Below, piece after piece: positions 1-11,628 of a stretch of 35,768 nucleotides of DNA. The notes under the pieces were generated by a model that had not been told where the DNA came from, did no database searches, and saw only the letters and a list, made by a program, of their open reading frames with translations. The stretch spans positions 43,920,042 through 43,955,809 of the forward strand of contig NC_068984.1 in assembly GCF_001194135.2 (NCBI RefSeq), given 5' to 3'. The first letter of the stretch is position 1. Each line of letters starts with the position of its first letter. This stretch comes from Octopus bimaculoides (taxonomy: Eukaryota). Made by a program: the position numbers and the translations under genes.

Positions 1-43
1 ATATATATATATATGTATGTATGTATGTATGTATTATGTATAT
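1..43. repeat. (AT)n/(ATGT)n microsatellite
   Basis: Directly visible tandem AT then ATGT units. Confidence 0.9.
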
Positions 44-150
44 AGGTCTGTTGCAACTGTAATTAACTTTGTTTACTGAAAGCCAGCGGTGAGAGAATAA
101 GATTTTAAAAGCAGAATTTAGCGATACTATATATTACAAACTGGAGGCAA

Positions 151-262
151 AAATGAGTAACGCTGCGATGGACTGGCGTCCCGTCCAGCTGGGGAACACA
201 TACGCCACGGAAACCGGGAAACCGGGCCCATGAGCCTGACTTGGCTTTAAAAGGGCACATTT
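151..262 (+). mobile_element. 5'-truncated SINE fragment with V/Meta-type conserved central motif
   Basis: GC-rich island CTGCGATGGACTGGCGTCCCGTCCAG...GGAAACCGGG resembles the conserved central domain recalled for V-SINE/MetaSINE-type families; it ends in a TTTA-rich tail. No tRNA head is visible. Confidence 0.55.
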
Positions 263-2337
263 ATTTTTTATTATATATTACAAAGTATTTAGTGCAGGTC
301 TCTACCCATTTATGACTCTACTTTTATTTAAATGTTTATATGTTAGTTAGATTAATTCTTTTACTCTTTCAAAAAGTCATACCTATAAAGTCACGCTTTA
401 GGTAAATCAATCACTAAATATTTACAAAAAGTTTAATCTCCATGGTAATTCGTCTCTATACAATATTGAACAACTTTATAACATTCTACGTGATTAGAAC
501 AAAGCCTTTTTTAGGAACAGTAAGTCGGAATTTTGTTCCATTTAATATCGATTTGACTGGAGTAGATACAAGATCTTATGTCAGAATGTTTTGATCTTCA
601 TATATTTGTATAGAGCAATATCAGTGTACATGGAACGGAGAATTAAAATTATGTCACGAACTTGGTTCATCGGAAGCTCAACCCATGCTTTATAGGGCTT
701 AAAACTCCTTTCAAATATAAGAGAAAGATACTCTTTGTGGGATCCCCTCATCAGAGTATGCTGAGGCTGATGTAGTTGGTTGATGTCAGTAACAAAAGAT
801 TAATTGGGAAGGAGATTTGACAAATGTCTGAGGAAGTAAAAAGGTTTAGTGCAAGGTGTGGGTGGGTGAGATACATGAGTATTGATAGTAAATGGTGAAG
901 TGATGGGCGCATTATGTGAGACTGAATGTCATGCCTTACTATATTTCTAGATAATGATTTCTTTTTTTTTTTTCATAACTTACTATACCGAAAAAAATTT
1001 GAAGGATGAGAAATAAAATGTGTGACGTTTGTTCATGACCGCGATAGGTCCAAAATGAAGAGACATATCATTGCAGTGGAAAATCTAATGTCTAAATTAG
1101 CGTGGCTTGTAATTTACATGGAGAACATGTACGACCAAGTGGCTTGGCTACTGCGTTATAATTCATGTCTATATGTATATATGAGCACTCCACACACAAA
1201 CCACCATTGGCATGTGACTATACTTATGTGAAACACCAGACTTTCTAATCAACGCCATTTTATCTGTCATACTTATCATACGCTATAGTAAGCCATTCCA
1301 CTATACTTAACCAAATTTTTCTCGTTCTCAAACTGTGCTGTATATATGATCTTGATATTTCACACTCCAGTTCAGCCAGTTAGCAATAAATCCCACTTAG
1401 GAATAATTCACTGTTATGTGCTGTAGCAAATATGGTTCTGCATGATTATGAAATGTTTCATTTAACTTTTATGGCAAATTTCAACTTCGACTGATAACAT
1501 ATTTTTAAAAAGTGATAAGTCTACTTTAGATTCCTTTTCTTTATATACAATATATTAAGATGCACCAATAATTTAGGAAGGAAATAAATTTTCGAACAAA
1601 CTTTCACTTGTAGATATTTCAAATTTATGCGTAGATAATATCTGGAGAAAAGTTATCAATTTCTCAATTTTCTGTCTAACCTGAAGAAAATAGTAAGCAA
1701 ATTCAGTATTCTCAACCAAATTTAGTGCGACATTCAGAATCATAGCAAGTTACAAGCAAAATTAGATATGCCAGGTAGTAAGAGAAGCCCTTGAAAATCA
1801 ATAAGCATAGTGAGCCCTTAGTGATCATAGCGCGAGTGAATAAACAAGGTTTCGGTGGTGATGATGAGTTGAGATACTGTCTCCCTAGCATAAGAAATAT
1901 GTTTTTCCTAGTAACATTTAGGAAGATATTCTCGCAATTACTTACCGTTGCAGTATCAGATGAGATACAAAGAACATTCGTGTTCGGATGTGAAAGGGAT
2001 AGCCGAGAAGGGGAATATTTACACGATCTGCTTGAAATAGAAGACGAATACTACTGCAAATCACAATCTGGTGGTGGTCAGTCTCCATCAGTTTCGACGA
2101 TGCGGACTCAGTTATCTGAACTGAATTATCTGTCCCCGAATTGAATTATTTGTGGCAAAGCATTCCACTGACACATGCACTCCTAACATAATGCTCAGGT
2201 AAAATCAGTATGACTGGAGTGTGTGGTGAAGCTGGGCCATTTCAATTACAGGTACCTACTAGAATTTCCAGTTAGCCTATTTCACTCACAAGGTATGGGT
2301 TAACAATGCGCCTACAACTCACAATCTGCCGTCTAGC

Positions 2338-2361
2338 AAAAAAAAAAAAAAAAAAAAAAAA
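2338..2361 (+). repeat. poly(A) run, 24 nt
   Basis: Uninterrupted A run. Confidence 0.95.
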
Positions 2362-2954
2362 GACAGAGCATATTTGATAAGTCTTGAATATACTATACGT
2401 GAAAAGGAATTTGCAGAGTTACAACCACTTTACGAGAGTTGACAGATAAAGCTGTAGATTTGGGTTGACCTCAGGAGCCTAGACAGAGTAGAGCATCAGT
2501 GTCTACATAGAGTACGTCTATTGTCTACTGATATAGTACGCTGTTGAAATATCTAATCTGACAGGGAATTATCACAGTTTCTAACTGATTGGAGAAAAAT
2601 ATCTTCAAATTTCTTTACTCGCCCCTGTTCGCTATGTTTTGTTTTGATTTTCTTTATTCTATTTTGCAACGTACAACATATTTTGTGCAGAATGTTCTTT
2701 GTTAGTAGACGCCGGCAGACTTAGCTGTGGTGAAGATTTTCGATTCACAATGACATGGACAGGTGTCTTTTGATGTAGTCTCACACTAAACAATGCCTGG
2801 TTAGTGATATTTTTGCGAAGACCGTTTTACACGTACAACCACGCCCATGCACACACACACACACACACACACACATCTATCTATTTAATAACTATATAAT
2901 AATATATATATACTCCGGTTTAAAGCGACATTTTTTATTTAAACAATTGACTGA

Positions 2955-3046
2955 AATATGGTGACTTAATCCAGGCCAGAATCGAACCCACATATCAACG
3001 CTAACACGGCGCCATGCACATCCGATTGGTCCAAACGTTCACCTTC
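2955..3046 (-). mobile_element. Degenerate tRNA-derived SINE head
   Basis: Minus strand shows A-box-like TGGACCAATCGG and B-box GGTTCGATTC about 30 nt apart; no full cloverleaf. Confidence 0.4.
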
Positions 3047-3591
3047 CAATTTCAGCGATTTTTTATGAATATATATACTTTAACTGCCACATACTACATA
3101 TAATATTTGTAAACAAACCCGAAGGTTTTGTAAGTTACGGAGAAAAGTGACTATGGAAGACTATTAGTACAATAATAACTATAGAATAATATATAATCAT
3201 AATAATATATACAAATGTAAGATACAAAGATCGAGGTGTACGAAGAAAGTTAGCTTCAAGCAATCCGTAGTAAATTTTAAAAACTTTCAGGAACAATAGA
3301 GTTCATTGAGGCGGAAGGTTGTGGATTTTTTAGTATCAACGTACGATAAACTGGAAAAAATAATTTTTATATTTCACTGTAGGCAACCAGGGTTGTCGGG
3401 TATGGGAATAAGAATCTCCTGTGTGTTAACATGTACCTCCTTGCGACAATGTGAATTTTCATTTAATTAAGATACCCTTGGCCTAATGAGTAGTCTGCGA
3501 TATACTCCTCGCTTGGATATTTACCACTTCCCTAAGAAACATATGTAACTCTACCTACTGCATTCCTTATCTCCTGTATATATATATATAT

Positions 3592-3861
3592 NNNNNNNNN
3601 NNNNNNNNNNNNNNNNNNNNNNNNNNNNNNNNNNNNNNNNNNNNNNNNNNNNNNNNNNNNNNNNNNNNNNNNNNNNNNNNNNNNNNNNNNNNNNNNNNNN
3701 NNNNNNNNNNNNNNNNNNNNNNNNNNNNNNNNNNNNNNNNNNNNNNNNNNNNNNNNNNNNNNNNNNNNNNNNNNNNNNNNNNNNNNNNNNNNNNNNNNNN
3801 NNNNNNNNNNNNNNNNNNNNNNNNNNNNNNNNNNNNNNNNNNNNNNNNNNNNNNNNNNNNN
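3592..3861. other. Assembly gap (N run)
   Basis: N run flanked by (AT)n. Confidence 1.
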
Positions 3862-6453
3862 ATGTATATATATACATATATATCTCGATTAGAAATTGCG
3901 AATAGATTAGTGCGCCAGGCCCCCATATTTTTTGTTCTTTATCAATCGCAATCGCCCCATGGTAGTTTGGAAACCTATAAACAATTCATGAAATCAAATA
4001 AAATTGTTTTAAAAATATTCTTTAACGAGAATATATGGAACATCGTTGAAATTCAAAGATAGCCCTGAGTTGGAAGGTGGACATGATATTAGCATATGTT
4101 AATGCACTTATATCTTTAAGAATAGAGCGACGGATGCTGTTATGTGTATAACATTTTAAGGTGTAAGTTGAGTGGAATGGCTTAAACCAGTTATCAAATG
4201 AATGTAGCACAGTCAATTACTTCTTCCACGGTGTTCACCACAACAGATGTAGATATAGAGTCTTTTTTCTCAATCTGTTTGAAATAGATGCGAATTTTCT
4301 CTCAACTCACACTTTATTTTTGTAATGAAAAATGAAGGTTATCTGAAATAAATTATACTTGAAATGATGGGATTGTCACGGATAGAATGCCTTTCATTAT
4401 TTGTCATCTTGATTATTGATGACCTGGGGCTAAACAACAAAGCATGTTTGTCTCATATTATAGTTTAGATTCTTAAATCAATTAGCAATGCATGAAGACG
4501 AATTACAAATTGCAGGTCTTATGATATCATTTAACTTCTTAACTTATCACACAAGAACACCATTGCTTTTTTAGAAGATAGCTACAGTATATTGAATGAG
4601 TCAAAACAGATACAAAGTAATTCTTTTATCGGTTCCAGGGAGATGAACGGTGAAGTAAATTCTATAGGGAATGGAAAATAGAGCTTTGAGAATTGAAACT
4701 ATAAATTTGCAAGTGAGAAATCAACGTTCCATCATTTCTGTCATATTACTACGTACCAGCGAAATATTATTAATATTTCGATTATATCATAAGAATACCG
4801 CGTAATTTTTTAATTAATTGTTCATGTGACTAAGGTGGCAGCGCTTCATTTCATTGGGCTAACTACACATCATGTAAGTAATACTTCAGCCTTTGTATGT
4901 AAGTATTTAGATATCACTCATTCTTTCATTTGAGAGCTTACCATAAAAATTAACTGTCTGTACTCTAACATCTAATACTGTAAACTCAACCTTATGCACA
5001 TTAAAGAACCGGTCGATGATTACTGTCCATAAAACAGAGAATTATTATTATTATTGCTATGAAATTAGAAGCTATGAACGTGTTTCATAGAAAAAAGCTA
5101 ATTTAATAAAAAGAAAGTCTGCTAATGAAACAGAAGCCAAAATTAACCGTGTTTGCACGAACAGCAAATTCACCAAGTAACACACTGTTGTTATATATGA
5201 CGAGAGAAAGAAAAAAGTCAACAATAAATAAAATTTGGAAGACCACTCGTTACCGCTAATACGTAACTCTATAAACATGCTAAAATGAATGGCGTTTTGT
5301 ATCAAGGGAAAATACAAATTAGCTTACGCCCTGAACAGAGCATCTAATTAGTAACACCTTTAATTCAATTTCGCTAATACCATATTTCTCATACACACAT
5401 TCACATAGATGTATATGCACGTGCATACATACAAACACACAAATTTATATGAATTTATTTATTTCTGTGTTCTTGTGTATGAACGTGCACTTGTACAGTT
5501 TATAGGGCAACGTAGTACCATCAAATATATCAATGGTCCGTTCGTTGTCATAGGCGTTGCGACGCTTCTTTAGCAAAAGCATTAAATCCTTAATGGTCAA
5601 GTCAGCTAGTCTGTAATTAGATAACCTGTAGTGATATAAAGGGTATTGCCATATATCTTACCAACAGTAGGGTACAGTAAATATGAGCATTGTTTCGTCT
5701 CAGTTTGCTGTGCTGTGTTCAGATTCAAACTATCTTGAGTACAGCTTCGGTTAGAATAGATAATTAACGCCAGGCTTTCATAATCATGTTTAGACAAACA
5801 ATTACTATCCATGGTACAAAACGTTAAGACAAAAATCTTCACTCACATTTTATCACACACACACATACACATAAACGTATACACTCACCCATATAGACAC
5901 ATATACATACATGCATTCATACACATCAGCGTCGGATGAAAGAACTGGCAGAAACTTGGTTTCAGACGCTGTAGCACAATGGCCTCTACTTTGAATACTA
6001 GGCTGCTTTTGTTGTCACTTGACGAATAAAGAAAATAAGATACTAAATACATAAATACAATATACATACACACACATACACACACGCACATATTGGTCTA
6101 TTGTTATTATTTGTACCAAAATATTGTAACGAGCATGCGATGTGCTTGACTATCTTTTTTCTTTATAATAGTATCGGATAATTATTTCAGAATATTATAT
6201 TTTCGGGCGTTTTATTATAACCACTTTCGACAACTAGTATTCAATTTCGCCCATATCTGGCCTTATATTATGTATGTTAGTCTTCTTCGAAATGGCAATA
6301 TAAATACATTAGGACTTTCTTTAAATATTTGTAATAAATCTGCTGTGACAGCCTTGATTTTCTATAGAATTATATGAGAGCAAAACCTAAATTTTATGGC
6401 GGTTTCTGATGGAAGCCTTCTAATACTGCTGTTTCTCTCATATATTTATTAAA

Positions 6454-6499
6454 TTATCATCATCATCATCATCATCATTATTATTATTATTATTATTAT
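6454..6499. repeat. (ATC)n(ATT)n microsatellite at the 3' end of the minus-strand Dong fragment
   Basis: Directly visible. Confidence 0.9.
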
Positions 6500-7084
6500 G
6501 TTATGTTTCAGTTTTGCTTTAATTTATACGAGTTGCACCTAAGTTTTAGCCAGAGACGTCAAAGGACGACAAGATTTTGCATCTGAAGATGCTAACAGGT
6601 GATAATACAATACAATTGAAACCAATGATATTTGAGTTAGATTGCATTTACATGGAGAGGATATGTAAGGCACACATAAGTATGTTCTCTTGTAATACGC
6701 TTATTTGGGGGCTGCCAGAGATTTGATCTACATATTTGTGAGCTCTTCTTTTAAGTGCCTCAATAATAATTGGTAATGTTCTTGTTTTTTGATGCCACAT
6801 TCTTCCGATTTCAACCTGCAGATTCTTATACTTGCTAAGTTTTTATCGGTTGGGGCTGCAACATCAGTCAAAAGACAAGTTTTTTCAATAAGATTTTTGA
6901 GACTGAGATCATTGCCTGTATTTCCTAGTTGGTCTAAACAGTGAATTCGAAAGGATGGTAAACTTCGGTATACTGAGTAACTTGTGGTTGTTGTGGTCCT
7001 ACAAATTTATTTTAACTTTTTCCTTAGGCCGGTTGTATGCGCAGCATATTGACGACTGTATGCACTGAGATGCCCAGTAATGCC
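6500..7084 (-). pseudogene. Decayed Dong/R4-clade non-LTR retrotransposon, 3' end (restriction-like endonuclease region plus 3' UTR)
   Basis: Minus-strand translation with frameshifts gives KTCLLTDVAAPTDKN (about 6841-6883) and KYKNLQVEIGRMWHQKTRTLPIIIEAL (about 6755-6833). These match the RLE C-terminal pattern (CxxID..P.D...KY.DL..EI.RMW....PVI.GALG) also seen at 34234-34790. Confidence 0.75.
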
Positions 7085-7100
7085 TTATTATTATTATTGA

Positions 7101-7510
7101 AAGGACATTGAGAGTGGAGAAGGGAGTGTTGTCCTCGAGGGAGTTTATTGAAAGGAAGGTGAAAGTTTCGAAAATGACAAGAGTGGATGGTACCTCCCTC
7201 AGTGTAGACTTGTGAGTCGGAGAGAAGGAATTAGAGAGGATATATTTCTGTTGGTATTTAGGGAAATCTCGGTCAGTGGGGGTCCTCGATTATTCCTCTG
7301 TATCAGGAGGGCTACATCTCTATCATCCTCAGCCTCTGATTTTTTAAAACTTTTGCATACTATGTATATGTCCCTCCCTTTTCATTGTATACCGTGAATA
7401 CTTAACCTTTAAATTTTTTTAATCTTTTAATTATATGTGAACCCCAACGCTTTGTGTCCGCTTTTGTATTGTCCCCCTCATCTTTTGCCCTTGTGGCAAA
7501 CAAATGAAAT
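7101..7510 (+). mobile_element. 5'-truncated LINE 3' end, probably L1/Tx1-like (ORF2 C-terminus plus 3' UTR)
   Basis: Open frame 7102-7215 RTLRVEKGVLSSREFIERKVKVSKMTRVDGTSLSVDL* followed by a ~295 nt pyrimidine-rich UTR ending CCCTTGTGGCAAACAAATGAAAT and an (ATT)n-like tail; (ATT)n also lies at the 5' junction. Clade assignment rests on recalled Tx1-type C-termini only. Confidence 0.45.
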
Positions 7511-7624
7511 CATTATTATTATCATTATTGCCAATGTATTATGTTGTCTAGAATTTGCAATTTATGATTGGCGTTTTTTTTTGCATTCATATCCATGTTC
7601 TAAGAATTTTCATTATGTTATACA

Positions 7625-7670
7625 CTAATTATGTTTCTGTTTTGTATTGACCTTGTGACCAATAGTAAAA
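7625..7670 (+). mobile_element. Second retroelement-like 3' terminus
   Basis: TTTTGTATTGACCTTGTGACCAATAGTAAAA then (ATT)n; shares TTTTGTATTG with 7462-7471 and CCTTGTG..ATAGTA with SINE tail beta. Confidence 0.35.
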
Positions 7671-7790
7671 TTATTATTATTATTATTATTATTATCATCA
7701 TCATCATCATAATCATCATCATCATCATCATCATTATTATTTTATTGTTATTTTAATCCTCTCCAGCAGCATTATTATTATTATTATGAA
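7671..7790. repeat. (ATT)n/(ATC)n compound microsatellite
   Basis: Directly visible. Confidence 0.9.
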
Positions 7791-8346
7791 TATAAGATTC
7801 CGCAATCTCTTGTTTTCAGTATCATTGTATGGACACGCAGAGCCGATTGATTACCGAGACATCTATTGTTTTATAGAAACAAATCTTTGGTATTGCTGAG
7901 ATAAGGAGATTTGCAACACTTGTTTGCTTTCAAACATGTTTAGTTGGTACTGATGAAACCCTCACACAGTTGGGTATCAATATGTCTCAGAATTCTGTCT
8001 GTGTTTCTATCTATCTGTCTTATTATCTGTTCTACTTTGCACCCCCCTATTTCACTCTTCTTTCACTTTTTTCTGTCCTATATGGCTTCATAGGCTTCCG
8101 AATACTTTCCTATTAAGAAGTTAATTGTTCAAACCTTCTCACTATACAAGAATACGTGTTTTATACTTGAATTCGAATGTAATTAAACTTCCTACTAACT
8201 ACTTTTGTATGCTGCATAATTGTATATAAATCATCGATTATAATGGAGCGAAGAATATTTGAATTGTAAATTAAAATATTAACTAAGAAGGCTTACGTTT
8301 TAAACTATCTACATATATAAAGAACAGGTTTGAGAAATGTTACTAT

Positions 8347-8749
8347 NNNNNNNNNNNNNNNNNNNNNNNNNNNNNNNNNNNNNNNNNNNNNNNNNNNNNN
8401 NNNNNNNNNNNNNNNNNNNNNNNNNNNNNNNNNNNNNNNNNNNNNNNNNNNNNNNNNNNNNNNNNNNNNNNNNNNNNNNNNNNNNNNNNNNNNNNNNNNN
8501 NNNNNNNNNNNNNNNNNNNNNNNNNNNNNNNNNNNNNNNNNNNNNNNNNNNNNNNNNNNNNNNNNNNNNNNNNNNNNNNNNNNNNNNNNNNNNNNNNNNN
8601 NNNNNNNNNNNNNNNNNNNNNNNNNNNNNNNNNNNNNNNNNNNNNNNNNNNNNNNNNNNNNNNNNNNNNNNNNNNNNNNNNNNNNNNNNNNNNNNNNNNN
8701 NNNNNNNNNNNNNNNNNNNNNNNNNNNNNNNNNNNNNNNNNNNNNNNNN
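8347..8749. other. Assembly gap (N run)
   Basis: N run. Confidence 1.
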
Positions 8750-8765
8750 TATATATACACACACA

Positions 8766-8978
8766 CAGAAACGTTAGCACGCCAGGCGAAATGCTTAGCG
8801 GTATTTCGTCTGCCGCTACGTTCTGAGTTCAAATTCCGCCGAGGTCGACTTTCATCCTTTCGGGGTCGATTAAATAAGTACCAGTTACGCACTGGGGTCG
8901 ATATAATCGACTTAATCCGTTTGTCTGTCCTTGTTTGTCCCCTCTGTGTGTAGCCTCTTGTGGGTAGTAAAGAAATAA
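8766..8978 (+). mobile_element. tRNA-derived SINE family A, young copy, tail alpha
   Basis: Body TTAGCACGCC...GAGTTCAAATTCC (B box)...GGGGTCGATATAATCGAC recurs about 12 times in the window; tail TTTGTCTGTCC...TTGTGGGTAGTAAAGAAATAA. Confidence 0.92.
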
Positions 8979-8980
8979 CA

Positions 8981-9055
8981 TATGTATGTACGTATGTAGG
9001 TATGTAGGTATGTATGTATGTATCTATGTTTGTATGTATGTATGTATGTGTGTAT
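8981..9055. repeat. (ATGT)n microsatellite
   Basis: Directly visible, imperfect. Confidence 0.85.
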
Positions 9056-9220
9056 ATATTTAGAAAAAGAGAGAGAAAGAAGAGAAGCCGTGGTAGACTC
9101 AGTACTTATGATAACGGTGGCACTATTTCAAATGTAGCAAGCCTGGTGTCTCCGGTATCGTCAATTACATGTTTTTAATCGATGGTGTGATGAGCCTACG
9201 ACAGCTGAAGAGGTGTATGT

Positions 9221-9251
<31 letters not shown>

Positions 9252-9571
9252 NNNNNNNNNNNNNNNNNNNNNNNNNNNNNNNNNNNNNNNNNNNNNNNNN
9301 NNNNNNNNNNNNNNNNNNNNNNNNNNNNNNNNNNNNNNNNNNNNNNNNNNNNNNNNNNNNNNNNNNNNNNNNNNNNNNNNNNNNNNNNNNNNNNNNNNNN
9401 NNNNNNNNNNNNNNNNNNNNNNNNNNNNNNNNNNNNNNNNNNNNNNNNNNNNNNNNNNNNNNNNNNNNNNNNNNNNNNNNNNNNNNNNNNNNNNNNNNNN
9501 NNNNNNNNNNNNNNNNNNNNNNNNNNNNNNNNNNNNNNNNNNNNNNNNNNNNNNNNNNNNNNNNNNNNNNN
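9252..9571. other. Assembly gap (N run)
   Basis: N run flanked by (AT)n. Confidence 1.
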
Positions 9572-9572
9572 T

Positions 9573-9604
<32 letters not shown>

Positions 9605-11330
9605 GCCTGACTCTTCTTCACTCCCCCCACTGCTTCTTTAATTCCTGTCATAGTATTCCCACCTAGTCTAATACATTTCAAACGTTTTTCCTCTCTTACT
9701 GACTATTTTATATTCTTACTCCGTTCATGTACCTTTCTTTAATTTGATGACTGACTAACGTCGAAAATGTTAATAAACTTTCTCTTTCCATTAAAGCGTG
9801 TGTGTATATATATATATATATATACATATATACATATAGGGGTCGTTTATTCTTTTGCCAACGACTATTCATTTATTTAGTTGTTTTTAAATGTTGCTTT
9901 TCTTCTTGTATATCTCTTGGTGTTTCCACACCGAGAAGCCCTACAAATAGAGGCATTCAAGTTGTAACAATCTCGTCATTTTCTGTCTACTGGGAATCGG
10001 GAGGAAATTGTAGTGTCCTCTTTTAAGATTGTATATTGTAATTTACGGAAATTTGGCTAATGTTTATAGCAAATAGACGATCAAATGACGACCGTCACAC
10101 TTTAATTAACCAATTTGTTGCTTATTCTGTTTCCATTATGCACTAATCTCAACACGTTTCGAAGATATACAAGAAAAGCTGCTTAGGTGTATTTGCATAT
10201 GTGTGTAAATTAATCTGGAATAAACATGTAACCACAAATGTAATTAGGTCACCAAAGTTTTCGGAAATATCAGAAACATTTTCAACGTGGTTTAGACACT
10301 ACCGATTGATATACAGTTAAATATGTATAAAGTAAAAATATCTGACCCGAAAAAAAACAAATTTATGTCGATAACTTTGCTCACTGAAAGGGTTTATTTC
10401 AAATTTATTTGTTATTCCTTATTGACCTCTTGTATTTGATAAACAATTATGTTATATTGCATGTATGACCACCTGTTTGCTACATCAAAATATTATGGCT
10501 ATTATAAAATGATATTTCAAATACTAGAATATATTTCACATTTATTCCTGATCTGTTCTGATATGTGTCAAATATTAAGTACCGTTAGAGTGCGTTGCAT
10601 CCGGTTACTATTTTTCAATTTATGCATTGATAATTCCGTAGCTATCCAACCAACTGAATATATACATAAAATTATTTTTTTCATTTTGGTGTTAGATTAC
10701 CTTACGAATAAATTTGTTTTATCGCATGGCGGGCGTTGCGCATCTTATTCTCATTAATGGAAATCTGTTAATCTAGTGATAGTAATTTATTATAAAGAAG
10801 TAATGATTAGATAAATATCCTTTAAGCTGACTGATCACTGCAAAGCAAAATTATGTAAACATGAAACAACAAAGAATATACTATGAGTGCGAGTTTCATA
10901 ATTGTTTAACGTATGGGATTTATATGGGCTTCAAGCTATGTGAAGATATTATCTTTGTATTATGAACTTAAGCTAAGTTAGTGTAATTTAAGCAAAGTTA
11001 GTGAGACTGGCTTACTAAGTTAGTAAGTCAGTCTCAAAGGAGAATTTCAAAAACAAATTCAGAAGCAAATGAAACGCTTTTTTAAATGAATACTATTCTA
11101 GCTTGATACACGAGTACGGTTGTACACCAGTATGACATCTATTTAATGCACAATAGACAAGGTGCATGAGAGTTAGGAATTTTAGAAATACAGCACTGAA
11201 CACGGAGTGGGAATAGAACATATGCCTCTCAGTTCGCTGTCGTATACTCTATTTACTAAAGAAACGTAAGAAACGCCCCTAAACGTTTTTCACGACACAA
11301 GAACGATTCTTTAAGCTGATATGAATAACA

Positions 11331-11516
11331 GTTTCAAATTTTGGCACAAGGCCACCAATTTGGGGAATGGGGAGTCGATTATTTCGACTCCAGTATTCGA
11401 CTGTAAAAATAAAAAGCAAGTTGATCTCGGTGGAATTTGAACTCAAAACGTAAAGACGGACAAAATGTCGGCAAACATTTTTCCGGGTATGCTAACGATT
11501 ATGCCAGCTCGCCGCC
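11331..11516 (-). mobile_element. SINE family A, tail gamma, internally deleted
   Basis: Reverse complement begins GGCGGCGAGCTGGCATAATCGTTAGC, has GAGTTCAAATTCC and ends GGCCTTGTGCCAAAATTTGAAAC; it lacks the middle CTTTCATCC...GTAC segment. Confidence 0.85.
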
Positions 11517-11578
11517 CTAGAGCTTATATGCATAATAAAAATTATTTATATAAACTACCGTGTTTTTCTTTGATACAG

Positions 11579-11628
11579 AGGAAACATTTTCCGAAATCCT
11601 AACCTCAAGCTTCCTGGAATTTTTAAAG
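11579..11628 (+). CDS. Candidate internal exon (unknown gene)
   Basis: Acceptor TGTTTTTCTTTGATACAG and donor AAG|GTAAAA; open in two frames (ETFSEILTSSFLEFLK or GNIFRNPNLKLPGIFK). No recognised homology. Confidence 0.25.

Noticed and set aside
1791-2144. 117-aa plus-strand ORF, and a minus-strand donor (CG|GTAAGT at 1946) closing METDHHQIVICSS...LILQ
   Set aside because: No recognisable domain, a TTG start for the plus ORF, and no clear acceptor or partner exon for the minus reading.
2338-2361. Poly(A) as the tail of a processed pseudogene
   Set aside because: No upstream AATAAA, no TSD and no coding remnant identified.
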